From contig JAPKYJ010000013.1 of the NCBI GenBank assembly GCA_026394375.1, positions 2,089 to 66,088 of the forward strand: DNA of 64,000 nucleotides. Reading direction: 5' to 3'. This DNA comes from Methanomassiliicoccales archaeon (GTDB taxonomy: Archaea; Thermoplasmatota; Thermoplasmata; Methanomassiliicoccales; UBA472). A program made the position numbers and the translations under genes. Shown one piece after another: positions 1 through 8,217 of this stretch (position 1 is the first letter of the stretch; each line of letters opens with the position of its first letter). The notes beneath the pieces are model-generated. The model saw only the letters and a list, made by a program, of their open reading frames with translations, was not told the DNA's origin and searched no databases.

Positions 1-610
1 ATTGCAGCCGCTGCAGGACGTGCGAGCCGAGCACGGTCAGATCCTCCGTCGGAAGGATCGATGCTGCCAGCTCATCGAAGAGCATGCTTGCGTTGGCTGG
101 AATCTCTTCATCTCCCTTCCAGACGATCGCGGTAACGGGCATCTTTGGAAAGACCAACAGTCTGATACCTGCGTCACCGAGCGGTACTCGTTCTCCGTGC
201 AACACCTCTCCGGCCCGAAGCATTCTGCCTGGATCGCTCCCGTATTCCTCTGCCAGACGGTCGAGCACCCGTTTATTGAACGCCTCCAAATAGACTGGAC
301 CGCCGGGAGCTTGAGCGAAGGACATCGGTCGCCCGGTCAGCGGCCGTTCATCGCACCCCAACAGATAGTGGAGGGCCAGGACCTGCAGATGCGGTTGGAC
401 CTGTACTCCGTCCTCGAACATCGTCCTATCTGCTGGGCGCATCCTGAACGACGTGGATAGATGACGGAGATCCAGCTCATCCTCTTGGAGGTCGCAAAGG
501 GACACTCTCGCGACATCTCCTAGGTCCAAATGGGACAAGGCGTCCCAGGCGAGATCGAGCGCATCGTCGTACTTTCCTCTTCCGTTCTTTGTCTCAGGCA
601 TCGGGTTCAT
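1..610 (-). CDS. DUF3786-like protein (partial; C-terminus lies beyond window start)
   Basis: Absent from the ORF track because it has no stop inside the window. My manual minus-strand translation from ATG 610-608 stays open for 203 codons: MNPMPETKNGRGKYDDALDLAWDAL...QVLALHYLLGCDERPLTGRPMSFAQAPGGPVYLEAFNKRVLDRL...IRLLVFPKMPVTAIVWKGDEE. The pattern recalls DUF3786 proteins that accompany corrinoid/acetyl-CoA pathway genes. The ATG overlaps the stop of the upstream gene (ATGA at 607-610). Confidence 0.55.
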   Translation of the reverse strand, partial: MNPMPETKNGRGKYDDALDLAWDALSHLDLGDVARVSLCDLQEDELDLRHLSTSFRMRPADRTMFEDGVQVQPHLQVLALHYLLGCDERPLTGRPMSFAQAPGGPVYLEAFNKRVLDRLAEEYGSDPGRMLRAGEVLHGERVPLGDAGIRLLVFPKMPVTAIVWKGDEEIPANASMLFDELAASILPTEDLTVLGSHVLQRLQ

Positions 611-1449
611 GATCGATCCCTCACCATGATGTCCACGACCTCGTCAGCGGTGCGGAATTCGATGCCCAGTTCCGCTATGCCCTCAAGCAACTTACGCAGG
701 TTCCGCAGATTCATCTCCACCTGCATCTCGTCCAGGAGGCCGTGGCCGTACGTCTCCACTATGTGCCAGCTGTGCGTGGCCAAGATCAAGCATCCCGCTT
801 TCAGCGATTCGGCCATGGCGACATAGTCGGAAGGTGAGCGTTCCCCTTCATGCATGGGCCAGAGGTAGGAGACGATACGTTTTCGTTTGGCGTCCTTGCC
901 TTCCGCCACCGGCAGTTCCCAAAGACCTTCATCCAATCTCCACGGGTCGATCCTGCCCTTTTCAATGCGCTTGACCTTGGAGGAATCGTAGCGGAATCCT
1001 TCCTTGGCCAGTATGGCGAGGGTTTCGCTGCTCGTGTGCAGGTAGGGAGCGCGGAACCCGGAAGGCCGGCGGCCAGAAATGTCCTCCACAATGGAAGCGC
1101 TCTCCCTCACGACCTCAGCGGTCTCCGGTCCCGTCAAGCAGATGCCTGTGGTCTCGCCAGTGAGATCCTCATGGCAGACGCCATGACAGGCGACCTCGTG
1201 CTTCGACAGCAACGATCGCACGTCCATGTGCTTGGCCAGAGCGCGCAGCGTATCCCCTTCGAGGAAGAATGTGGCATGGATCTCCAACTCGTCCAGGACG
1301 TTGACCAGTATTTCCAGCCCTCTTGCGGACGAGGTGTAGCGGGCCGCGGTCTCGCCTGTCTTGCCAGGAGAGGAAGCGGCGTCGTAGCGTCCCTCCTCGG
1401 CCACGTTCACATCTCTATCCACGTCCACGGTGAAGACCGCGTTGCGCAC
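607..1449 (-). CDS. polysaccharide deacetylase (NodB-homology) family protein
   Basis: From track ORF 607..1725. Motifs AVFTVDVDRD, IHATFFLEGD, ACHGVCHED and GFRAPY fit NodB-type deacetylases. The track start at 1725 would run over the hdrA-like start and both promoters. I prefer the in-frame GTG at 1449, which is preceded by GGAGGGGGATAGGAGG and lies about 25 nt below a TATA-like box. ATG 1551 is an alternative. Confidence 0.6.
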   Translation of the reverse strand: MRNAVFTVDVDRDVNVAEEGRYDAASSPGKTGETAARYTSSARGLEILVNVLDELEIHATFFLEGDTLRALAKHMDVRSLLSKHEVACHGVCHEDLTGETTGICLTGPETAEVVRESASIVEDISGRRPSGFRAPYLHTSSETLAILAKEGFRYDSSKVKRIEKGRIDPWRLDEGLWELPVAEGKDAKRKRIVSYLWPMHEGERSPSDYVAMAESLKAGCLILATHSWHIVETYGHGLLDEMQVEMNLRNLRKLLEGIAELGIEFRTADEVVDIMVRDRS

Positions 1450-1468
1450 GTTCCTCCTATCCCCCTCC

Positions 1469-1477
1469 AAATATAAT
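1469..1477 (-). promoter_or_regulatory. TATA-like box for the deacetylase/DUF3786 operon
   Basis: Reads ATTATATTT on the minus strand, about 20-28 nt upstream of the candidate GTG start at 1449. Confidence 0.3.
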
Positions 1478-1520
1478 CCGCTTTCTGCGCTTCGATAGGA
1501 CCAAGTCCGAAGCTGGCAAC

Positions 1521-1530
1521 CTATAAGAAT
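1521..1530 (+). promoter_or_regulatory. TATA-like box for the hdrA-mvhD-metVF operon
   Basis: CTATAAGAAT lies 26-35 nt upstream of ATG 1556. This spacing implies a leaderless or near-leaderless mRNA. Confidence 0.35.
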
Positions 1531-1555
1531 CCAGAAGGCGTGGCATCGCATGTAG

Positions 1556-2629
1556 ATGAAAGAAACGATAAAACCAGTGAATGCCAGGTCACGGACTGTG
1601 GCCATCATCGGAGGGGGCGTCGCCGGGCTCTCGGCGGCGGTGCAGTTGGCGGAGAAGGGGATCAGGCCAGTCATATTGGAGAGCGAGCCCGAGCTTGGTG
1701 GCAAGGTCAAGGCATACGGCTGCAAGGGCGTGCGGGAGTGCGTTCATTGCGACGTGTGCCTCAGTGTCAACTTGATTAAGGAAGTGAAACGCCTGGGCGT
1801 GGAGCGGTTCAAGGGCGCCAAGGTCCTTTCTCTGAGCGGCAGGCCGGGCAGATACCGCCTGCGCCTCAGCGTCGGTGGGTCCTCTTCCACAAGAACGCTC
1901 AGCGTCGGGACGATCATAGTCGCAACGGGTGCCGAGCCGTTCGATCCCTCGGTCGAGAAGCGCCTCTCCCACGGGCGGATCAAGGACGTCATCTCGGCCG
2001 TGGAGGCGGAGCACCAGATCCGTGCCTCGGGCAAGCTGCTCGTCCCTTCCACCGGCATGGCGCCAAAGAGCGTGGCCTTCGTGCAGTGCGTCGGCTCCCG
2101 GGACCTGAGCAAAGGGTCGGGGGCATGTTCCAAGGCCTGCTGCAAGTACTCGTGGAAGATGGCGCAACTGCTGAAGCGCATAGACCCGGAGACATCGATA
2201 CTCTACCTCTTCATGGACTGGCGTCCGGTGGATGCGCAGGACGACATCCGTTCTTGGGCGGCGGGGCAGAAGAACGTGAGGCTGATCCGCTCCCGGCCCT
2301 CCGAAGTTCTGCTCGGCGAAGATGGCAGGCCGGTAGTGAGATTCGCCACCGGCGACGATTCGATCATCGAGGAGGAGGCTGTGGACCTGGTCATCCTTTC
2401 CGTGGGAATGGTCCCTTCTGCAGGTTCGAAGGAGCTCAGCCATGCCCTGAGACTCGAGGAGGACGCCCAGGGCTTCATTCTCACCAGCGAGCTGGATAGG
2501 CATCAGACCTCAAGACCTGGTGTATACGCAGCCGGCAGCTGCACCGGGTCGAAGGACATCCGGGAGAGCGCCAAGGACGGAGAGAGGGCCGCTGGAGCGG
2601 CTGCGAGATCGCTGGAGGAGATGCAATGA
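1556..2629 (+). CDS. hdrA: HdrA-like FAD-dependent oxidoreductase, N-terminal part of a split HdrA
   Basis: Rossmann FAD motif VAIIGGGVAGLSAAVQLAEKG, cysteine cluster ECVHCDVC, and ...VQCVGSRD...CSKACC... as in heterodisulfide reductase A / thioredoxin-reductase-like domains. Its stop overlaps the next start (ATGA at 2626-2629). Confidence 0.75.
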   Translation: MKETIKPVNARSRTVAIIGGGVAGLSAAVQLAEKGIRPVILESEPELGGKVKAYGCKGVRECVHCDVCLSVNLIKEVKRLGVERFKGAKVLSLSGRPGRYRLRLSVGGSSSTRTLSVGTIIVATGAEPFDPSVEKRLSHGRIKDVISAVEAEHQIRASGKLLVPSTGMAPKSVAFVQCVGSRDLSKGSGACSKACCKYSWKMAQLLKRIDPETSILYLFMDWRPVDAQDDIRSWAAGQKNVRLIRSRPSEVLLGEDGRPVVRFATGDDSIIEEEAVDLVILSVGMVPSAGSKELSHALRLEEDAQGFILTSELDRHQTSRPGVYAAGSCTGSKDIRESAKDGERAAGAAARSLEEMQ

Positions 2630-4203
2630 GCGAGAAGCGTATCGGCGTCTTCATCTGCGAATCTGCGGGCGGAAGCGAGGGATCGCTGGACCTGCGCTCC
2701 CTGGGCAAGCACGTCTCATCCTTGCCAGAGGTCTCGTTCGTTCGCTTCATCGATCAGGTGTGCAAGGAGACTGGTCAGGCCCAGATGCTGCAGGCGTTGA
2801 ATAAGGACGAGGTCGATCGTTTCGTCGTCGCCGCTTGTTCGCCTCTGAGCAAGGAGCGAATGCTGATGCGGTTGGCGGCCGAGGCCGGACTGAACCCTTT
2901 CATGTTCACCATCGCGAACGTCCGCGAGCAGAGCGCCTTCGTTCATTCGAAAGCAGGGGCCGACCTGAAAGCAAAGAGGTTGCTGAGGATGGCCGTGGAG
3001 AAGTGCCGCCTGCTCGCACCAGCGCCTTACGATGTCAGGATCCCTGATAGCAGGACGGTGCTCGTCGTCGGGGACGGCCTGAGGGCGGCCTTGGCGGCGG
3101 AGGATCTGCGAGCCCTCGACCTCGAGGTCATGATACTGGTGGAAGAAGGCATGCTGCGATTGCCTCGCTTTCTCGATCCCACGCTAGCCGAGGCGTTGAA
3201 GCGCAGCGAGGAGGGTTCTCCGATCATATCCGGGCACTTGGCATCACTGGATGGGGTTCCAGGAGCATTCGATGTGCTCACAGAAGGAAAGACCTCCGGA
3301 GCGGTCAGATGCGGTGCGGTGATCATAGCGTTCGATCCTTTGCCCGCGAAGCTCGAAGAAGGTATCATGGGCCCGATGCATTTCGAGGAGCTCATGGCCG
3401 GCGGAGCGCGGCTGCCTCTTTCCCTTGTGATCGTGGTCGACGATTGGAAATCGGAGTTCCACTCACCTCAGGCCATGGAATGGGCCATGCGAACGGCGGT
3501 AGCGGTGCGAACAAGGTCGCCCGAGTCCTCGGTGCGCATCCTTTGTAGGGACATCTCCTCGAGGGGCGAGCTGGAATCGGAACAGCTTCGAGCGCAACGC
3601 CATGGAACAATCTTCATGAGAACGGAACGAGCGCCCACTGTCACCCCCGGAGAAAGAGCGATCGTCAGAACGGTCGACCCCATCGTCGGAGAGCTGGCCC
3701 TGGATGCGGACGCAGTGATTCTGGTTGGTTCAGATCTGAACGCGGGAAGCGCGAGCACCTGTTTCGTTCTTGGGTTGGCGATGCGTCCCGACGGCATGCC
3801 TCGAGAATCGAAGGTAAGGCTGCGCGCTGGGGAGAGTCTGCGGGCCGGGATCTACGTCATCGATCCATGGAGCGAGTGGAGCAGTGGGGACGTCCGATTG
3901 GATTGTGCGGCCGTTGCGGCCAGAGCGGCCGCCCTCCTGCTTTCTCCGGGGATCGAAGAGGGCGGTGCGGTGGCCCAGGTCGAGGCAGGCAAGTGCTCGG
4001 CCTGCCTGAGCTGCGTGCGCATCTGTCCCTATGGTGCACCATACGTCACGGACGAGGGCAAGGCAGAGGTCAGATACGAGCTGTGCCAGGGCTGCGGGAT
4101 GTGCGTGACCTCCTGCCCCGGCAAGGCCATCGACATGCATTGCTACTCCGACGCCCAGATAGCTGCGGAAGGGAAGGCGGCGCTCAAGGAGCCACGTCCA
4201 TGA
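2626..4203 (+). CDS. hdrA: HdrA-like protein, C-terminal part with a 2x[4Fe-4S] ferredoxin domain
   Basis: Contains IGVFICES...DRFVVAACSP (HdrA-type domain), a degenerate second Rossmann segment VLVVGDGLRAALAA, and C-terminal CSACLSCVRICP / CQGCGMCVTSCP ferredoxin motifs. It is translationally coupled on both sides. Confidence 0.75.
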   Translation: MSEKRIGVFICESAGGSEGSLDLRSLGKHVSSLPEVSFVRFIDQVCKETGQAQMLQALNKDEVDRFVVAACSPLSKERMLMRLAAEAGLNPFMFTIANVREQSAFVHSKAGADLKAKRLLRMAVEKCRLLAPAPYDVRIPDSRTVLVVGDGLRAALAAEDLRALDLEVMILVEEGMLRLPRFLDPTLAEALKRSEEGSPIISGHLASLDGVPGAFDVLTEGKTSGAVRCGAVIIAFDPLPAKLEEGIMGPMHFEELMAGGARLPLSLVIVVDDWKSEFHSPQAMEWAMRTAVAVRTRSPESSVRILCRDISSRGELESEQLRAQRHGTIFMRTERAPTVTPGERAIVRTVDPIVGELALDADAVILVGSDLNAGSASTCFVLGLAMRPDGMPRESKVRLRAGESLRAGIYVIDPWSEWSSGDVRLDCAAVAARAAALLLSPGIEEGGAVAQVEAGKCSACLSCVRICPYGAPYVTDEGKAEVRYELCQGCGMCVTSCPGKAIDMHCYSDAQIAAEGKAALKEPRP

Positions 4204-4601
4204 AGATCATCGGCTACGTCTGCTCACACGCCGGCTACGCAGCAGCGGACCTGGCCGGAGAAGAGCGACTGCAATATTCCCCGGACATAATTCTGATCCG
4301 ACTGCCATGTGCCGGTCGGATCGACGTCGTACATTTGCTCAAGGCGTTCCGCGAAGGGGCCGACATGCTCTTCGTGGCGGGATGCCTGGAAGGAAACTGC
4401 CACCATCACTATGGCAATCACGAAGCCAGGAAGCGCGTCGATCAGGCCAAGAGCATCCTGGATGCATTGGGCATGGATGGACGGAGGATAGAGATGTTCT
4501 ACCTTGCCTCCAACCAGGGCTGGAAGTTCAAGGAGATCGCGGATGAGATGATGAGAAGGGCGAGCGAGCTAGGGTCGAACCCACTGGAGGCGAAGGGATG
4601 A
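4200..4601 (+). CDS. mvhD: MvhD/FlpD-like [2Fe-2S] electron-transfer protein
   Basis: Internal ATG at 4200 within track ORF 3867..4601, overlapping the previous stop (ATGA). Sequence MKIIGYVCSHAGY...LPCAGRIDVVHLLKAF..GADMLFVAGCLEGNCHHHYGN is the typical MvhD pattern. Confidence 0.85.
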   Translation: MKIIGYVCSHAGYAAADLAGEERLQYSPDIILIRLPCAGRIDVVHLLKAFREGADMLFVAGCLEGNCHHHYGNHEARKRVDQAKSILDALGMDGRRIEMFYLASNQGWKFKEIADEMMRRASELGSNPLEAKG

Positions 4602-5293
4602 TAATCGGAGAACAGAAGCCGCTCCAGGAGATCTGCGCCATGCTCGAGGGACATCAGCGCATCCTAGTGGCAGGCTGTCGTTCCTGCGTGGCCATTTGCC
4701 TCGCGGGCGGAGAGAAGGAGGTGGGCATCTTGGCGGAGAGCTTGCGCCTGCACTCCGACCTCCGAGGAAGGAATTGGGAGGTGACCGAGTTCACCACGGA
4801 GAGGCAATGCGAGAAAGAGTGGGTGCGTGAGCTCTCCGACCTGGTGGCCAAGAGCGACGCGGTCGTCTCCATCGCTTGCGGGGTTGGGGCGCAAACCATC
4901 CAGGCGCTTTTCCCGGAAGTGAGGGTCCTTCCCGGGCTTAACACTTCGAACATGGGTGCGCCCGAAGAACCGGGCGTTTTCATGGAGAAATGCGGGGGCT
5001 GCGGTGACTGCGTTCTGCATCTGACCGGAGGGATATGTCCCATCGTCCGCTGCGCCAAGAGCCTGCTCAACGGTCCCTGCGGAGGGAGCCAGAACGGCAA
5101 GTGCGAGATCGGTCACGATACGCCCTGTGCCTGGGAGGAGATCTACCACTCGCTCGAGCGCCTTGATCGATTGGACCTGCTGGAGGAGCTGATACCTCCG
5201 AAGAACTGGATGCCCAGCCGTAGCGGCGGACCGAGGAGGATCATCAGGCCGGAGGCGGTCCTGACCAGGGAAGAGAAGGAGATGAGAGGATGA
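4598..5293 (+). CDS. metV: MetV, methylene-THF reductase-associated Cys-rich subunit
   Basis: CGGCGDCVLHLTGGICPIVRCAKSLLNGPCGGSQNGKCE resembles the MTHFR C-terminal-like/MetV family. It lies directly upstream of metF and is coupled to it by an ATGA overlap. Confidence 0.8.
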   Translation: MIIGEQKPLQEICAMLEGHQRILVAGCRSCVAICLAGGEKEVGILAESLRLHSDLRGRNWEVTEFTTERQCEKEWVRELSDLVAKSDAVVSIACGVGAQTIQALFPEVRVLPGLNTSNMGAPEEPGVFMEKCGGCGDCVLHLTGGICPIVRCAKSLLNGPCGGSQNGKCEIGHDTPCAWEEIYHSLERLDRLDLLEELIPPKNWMPSRSGGPRRIIRPEAVLTREEKEMRG

Positions 5294-6210
5294 AGGCGGG
5301 CAGCAACTTGGAGAAGGTGCTTTGCGATGGGAGGTTCGCCGTCACGGCGGAGATCGGGCCGCCCAAGTCCGCCAGCGCCGAGAGCGTCCGTCGACACGCG
5401 AAGGAGATGCGAGGTTGTGCGGACGCCTTCAATCTCACCGACAACCAGATCGCCATGGCCAGGATGTCGTCCATCGCCGCTGCGGTCGTTCTCATCGAGG
5501 AAGGCCTGGAACCGGTCATCCAGATGACCTGTCGGGACAGGAACCGGATCGCCATGCAATCCGATATCCTGGGGGCATCGGCGTTGGGCATTAAGAACGT
5601 GCTTTGCATCAGCGGCGACCATCAAACCTTCGGTAACCAGAAGGAAGCGAAGAACGTGTACGACGTCGACTCCATCCAGGAACTGATGATCCTGCGCAAG
5701 ATGAGGGACGAAGGCCGAGTGTGGAGCGACGAGGAACTGGAAGTAGCTCCAAGACTTTTCCTGGGCGCGGCGGCCAATCCTTTTGCCGATCCATTCGAGT
5801 TCCGGGTCGCCAGGCTGGCAAAGAAGGTGAGGGCGGGAGCGGATTTCGTGCAGACGCAGAGCATCTTCGACATGGAACGCTTCGAAAGGTGGATGGAGCT
5901 CGTTCGGGTCAGGGGGCTGCATGAGGATGTGCATATACTGGCGGGCATCCTGCCGCTGAAATCGCACAGGGTGGCGCTCTACATGAAGAACAAGGTGTCA
6001 GGCATGATCGTTCCCGATGCCATAGTCGAGCGCATGAAGGCGGCCAAGGACCCGAAGGAGGAAGGCATCCGCATCTGCGTAGAGCAGATCGAGCATCTGC
6101 GGAGCATCGAAGGAGTGCATGGCGTGCACATCATGGCGCCCTTGTGGGAAGAGAAGGTGCCAGAGATCGTCCGCAGAGCGAGATTGCGTCCAGATGCTCG
6201 AATCGAGTGA
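5290..6210 (+). CDS. metF: 5,10-methylenetetrahydrofolate reductase
   Basis: 306 aa. Motifs VTAEIGPPK, FNLTDNQ, QMTCRDRNR, ISGDH and FVQTQSIFD are characteristic of MetF-type MTHFR. Confidence 0.9.
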   Translation: MKAGSNLEKVLCDGRFAVTAEIGPPKSASAESVRRHAKEMRGCADAFNLTDNQIAMARMSSIAAAVVLIEEGLEPVIQMTCRDRNRIAMQSDILGASALGIKNVLCISGDHQTFGNQKEAKNVYDVDSIQELMILRKMRDEGRVWSDEELEVAPRLFLGAAANPFADPFEFRVARLAKKVRAGADFVQTQSIFDMERFERWMELVRVRGLHEDVHILAGILPLKSHRVALYMKNKVSGMIVPDAIVERMKAAKDPKEEGIRICVEQIEHLRSIEGVHGVHIMAPLWEEKVPEIVRRARLRPDARIE

Positions 6211-6375
6211 GAGGTATGTGCACCGAGGCTTCAATGAAGACATGTTCTATCCTAGACGGTCTGGAATCATCACTGGTATACGGTCAGGGAGCGAGTCCTT
6301 CGAGGGGGGGCTCCTGGCGCATGAGAAAGTACTTATCTACCTGGAAACGAGGACATAGCAGGACAAGTGAGATCG

Positions 6376-6606
6376 ATGTCGCAGGTCAACCTTGATTGCC
6401 GGGGACAGAACTGCCCCGTTCCTTTGGTGGAAGTGAGGAAGGCGCTGAAGAAAGCGGCCGTCGGGGATGTCATTGAGGTCGTCGGAACACATCCCTCATC
6501 AAAGAAAGAGATACCGATGGCAGTGGACGCGCTGGAGCAGCAGTTGCTGGAAGTGAAGGACAACGGTCCGGAGTGGATCATCCGCATCAAGAAGGTGAAG
6601 GGGTGA
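6376..6606 (+). CDS. tusA: TusA/SirA-like sulfur carrier protein
   Basis: LDCRGQNCPVPLVEVRKALKK carries the CPxP active-site motif. The size (76-79 aa) fits the family. I prefer ATG 6376 over the track GTG 6367. Confidence 0.8.
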   Translation: MSQVNLDCRGQNCPVPLVEVRKALKKAAVGDVIEVVGTHPSSKKEIPMAVDALEQQLLEVKDNGPEWIIRIKKVKG

Positions 6607-6610
6607 TAGA

Positions 6611-7030
6611 GTGACCCAGAAGACGACCATAGTCGTGCACAGCGGCGACATGGACAAGGTGTTCAGCGCATTCATCATCGCCAACGGCTCCATGGCCATG
6701 GGCATGGAGGCTACGCTCTACTTCACTTTCTGGGGTCTCAATCGTCTCAAGAAGGGAGGATTGGACAAAGGCCCCCTCTCCCAGATGAACATGCTTGGCC
6801 TGGGAAGAAGGATGGTCAGGCAGCGGATGGAGAAGGCGAACGTGGCCAAGTTGGAGCAGATGGTCAAGGACTTCAAGGAGCTAGGGGGCAAGATCATCGC
6901 CTGTGAGATGACCATGGAGATCATGGGGATCAAGAAGGAGGACCTCCGGCTGGATTGGATCGATGAGTTCGGTGCCGTGGGCACATACGTGAACGAAGCG
7001 AGGAAATCGGACATCACGCTATTCATCTGA
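6611..7030 (+). CDS. DsrE/DsrF-like family protein (COG2210-type)
   Basis: 139 aa. TIVVHSGDMDKVFSAFIIANG...ATLYFTFWGL...KIIACEMTMEIMG shows the typical DsrE-like fold signature. The GTG start is 4 nt after the tusA stop. Confidence 0.7.
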   Translation: MTQKTTIVVHSGDMDKVFSAFIIANGSMAMGMEATLYFTFWGLNRLKKGGLDKGPLSQMNMLGLGRRMVRQRMEKANVAKLEQMVKDFKELGGKIIACEMTMEIMGIKKEDLRLDWIDEFGAVGTYVNEARKSDITLFI

Positions 7031-7031
7031 G

Positions 7032-8204
7032 GTGTTCTCATTGCCCGACAGGACGATCTACATGGACAACGCCGCCTCCACCAGGCTGGACGGGCGCGTG
7101 CTGGAGGCGATGAAGCCCTATTACTTCGATTCCTATGCGGTGGCGACATCGGAGTTCGGGCATTCCATGGGCATCGAGGCCAAGGAGACGCTGGAAGCAG
7201 CGCGAGTGAAGCTGGCCGAGGCGCTCAAAGCCTCTCCCGAGGAGGTGCTGCTCACTTCCGGGGATACGGAATCAAGCAACCTGGCCCTCAAAGGAGTGAC
7301 CAATGCCCTTGCGGGCAAGAAGGGCAAGCACATCGTCGTATCGAAGATCGAGGACTTTCCTGTTCTGAACAGCGCCAAGGCGTTGGAGAGGTTGGGCTAC
7401 AAGGTCACCTATCTGGGAGTGGACAAAGAGGGCTTCCTGGACCTGGCGGAGCTGGAGCGCTCCATAACCAAGGAAACCGTCCTGGTCTCGATCCAGCACG
7501 CCAACCAGGAGATCGGGACCGTGCAGGACATCGAGGCGATCGGGAAGATCTGCCATGATAGAGGGGCGCTATTCCATACGGACGCCACCCATACGCTCAC
7601 CCGCATTCCATTGGACATGGGCCGAATGGCGGTGGACCTGGCCACGATAACCGCCCACACCATCCACGGTCCAAAAGGGATCGGGGCGCTCTACGTCCGC
7701 AAGGGCACTCCTCTGATGAAATGGATGGACGGCGGGTTCCAGGAGTTCAATCTGCGGGCGGGACTGGAGAACATCCCGGGAGCGATGGGATTCGCCAAAG
7801 CCATAGAACTGGTGACCGAAGAGGAGAACGAGCGCCTCCGCGCCATCCGCGACTCGCTCATAGACAGCTTGCTGAAGCAGGTGCCTCGGACGACCCTGAA
7901 CGGCTCTCGGACCAGGAGGATCCCTCAGAACGCCAACATCACCTTCCACCGCGTGGAGGGCGAGTCGATAACCCTCCATTTGGACATGCGAGGCATCGAG
8001 GTCTCCACCGGCTCGGCCTGCTTCTCCCGGTCGTTGGAGGCCAGCCACGTGATCATGGGCATCGGTGGGGACCACGAGCGGGCGCACGGGTCCATACGAT
8101 ATTCACTGGGCCGATTCAACGACATTAGCGAGGTGCCAGAGGTCGTGAAGGCGATGACGGACATCATCGGAAGATTGCGGAGCATCAGCCCGCTGAAGGA
8201 TTGA
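7032..8204 (+). CDS. iscS: IscS/NifS-like protein (class V aminotransferase fold) lacking the canonical PLP-binding lysine
   Basis: Contains [28 protein letters not shown], and the catalytic-loop [16 protein letters not shown]. The expected SGHK(I)YGPKG reads [19 protein letters not shown] here, with a Thr codon at 7659-7661. Confidence 0.85.
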   Translation: [390 protein letters not shown]

Positions 8205-8217
8205 GGAGGTTCAGAGC

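Noticed and set aside
2-460. 152-aa plus-strand ORF at the window start
   Set aside because: It is antisense to the better-supported DUF3786-like frame. Its composition (many W, C, R and Q) and lack of motifs suggest a GC-rich shadow ORF.
2626-2629. Possibility that the HdrA split is a selenocysteine (TGA) read-through, as in some methanogen HdrA proteins
   Set aside because: The two parts are in different frames and joined by an ATGA overlap, so simple UGA recoding cannot fuse them. A sequencing frameshift remains possible but cannot be tested here.
5143-5967. Long antisense ORFs opposite metF (5143-5967), znuA (45208-46011), znuC (46076-46735), pdxT (53756-54514), the MetE-like/cooC genes (17741-18355), the ABC ATPase (32775-33482), the COG2403 gene (36570-37112) and msrA (40848-41630, except for its last 69 codons)
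   Set aside because: In each case the opposite strand carries a gene with clear family motifs. I interpret these as stop-poor reverse frames of GC-rich coding DNA.
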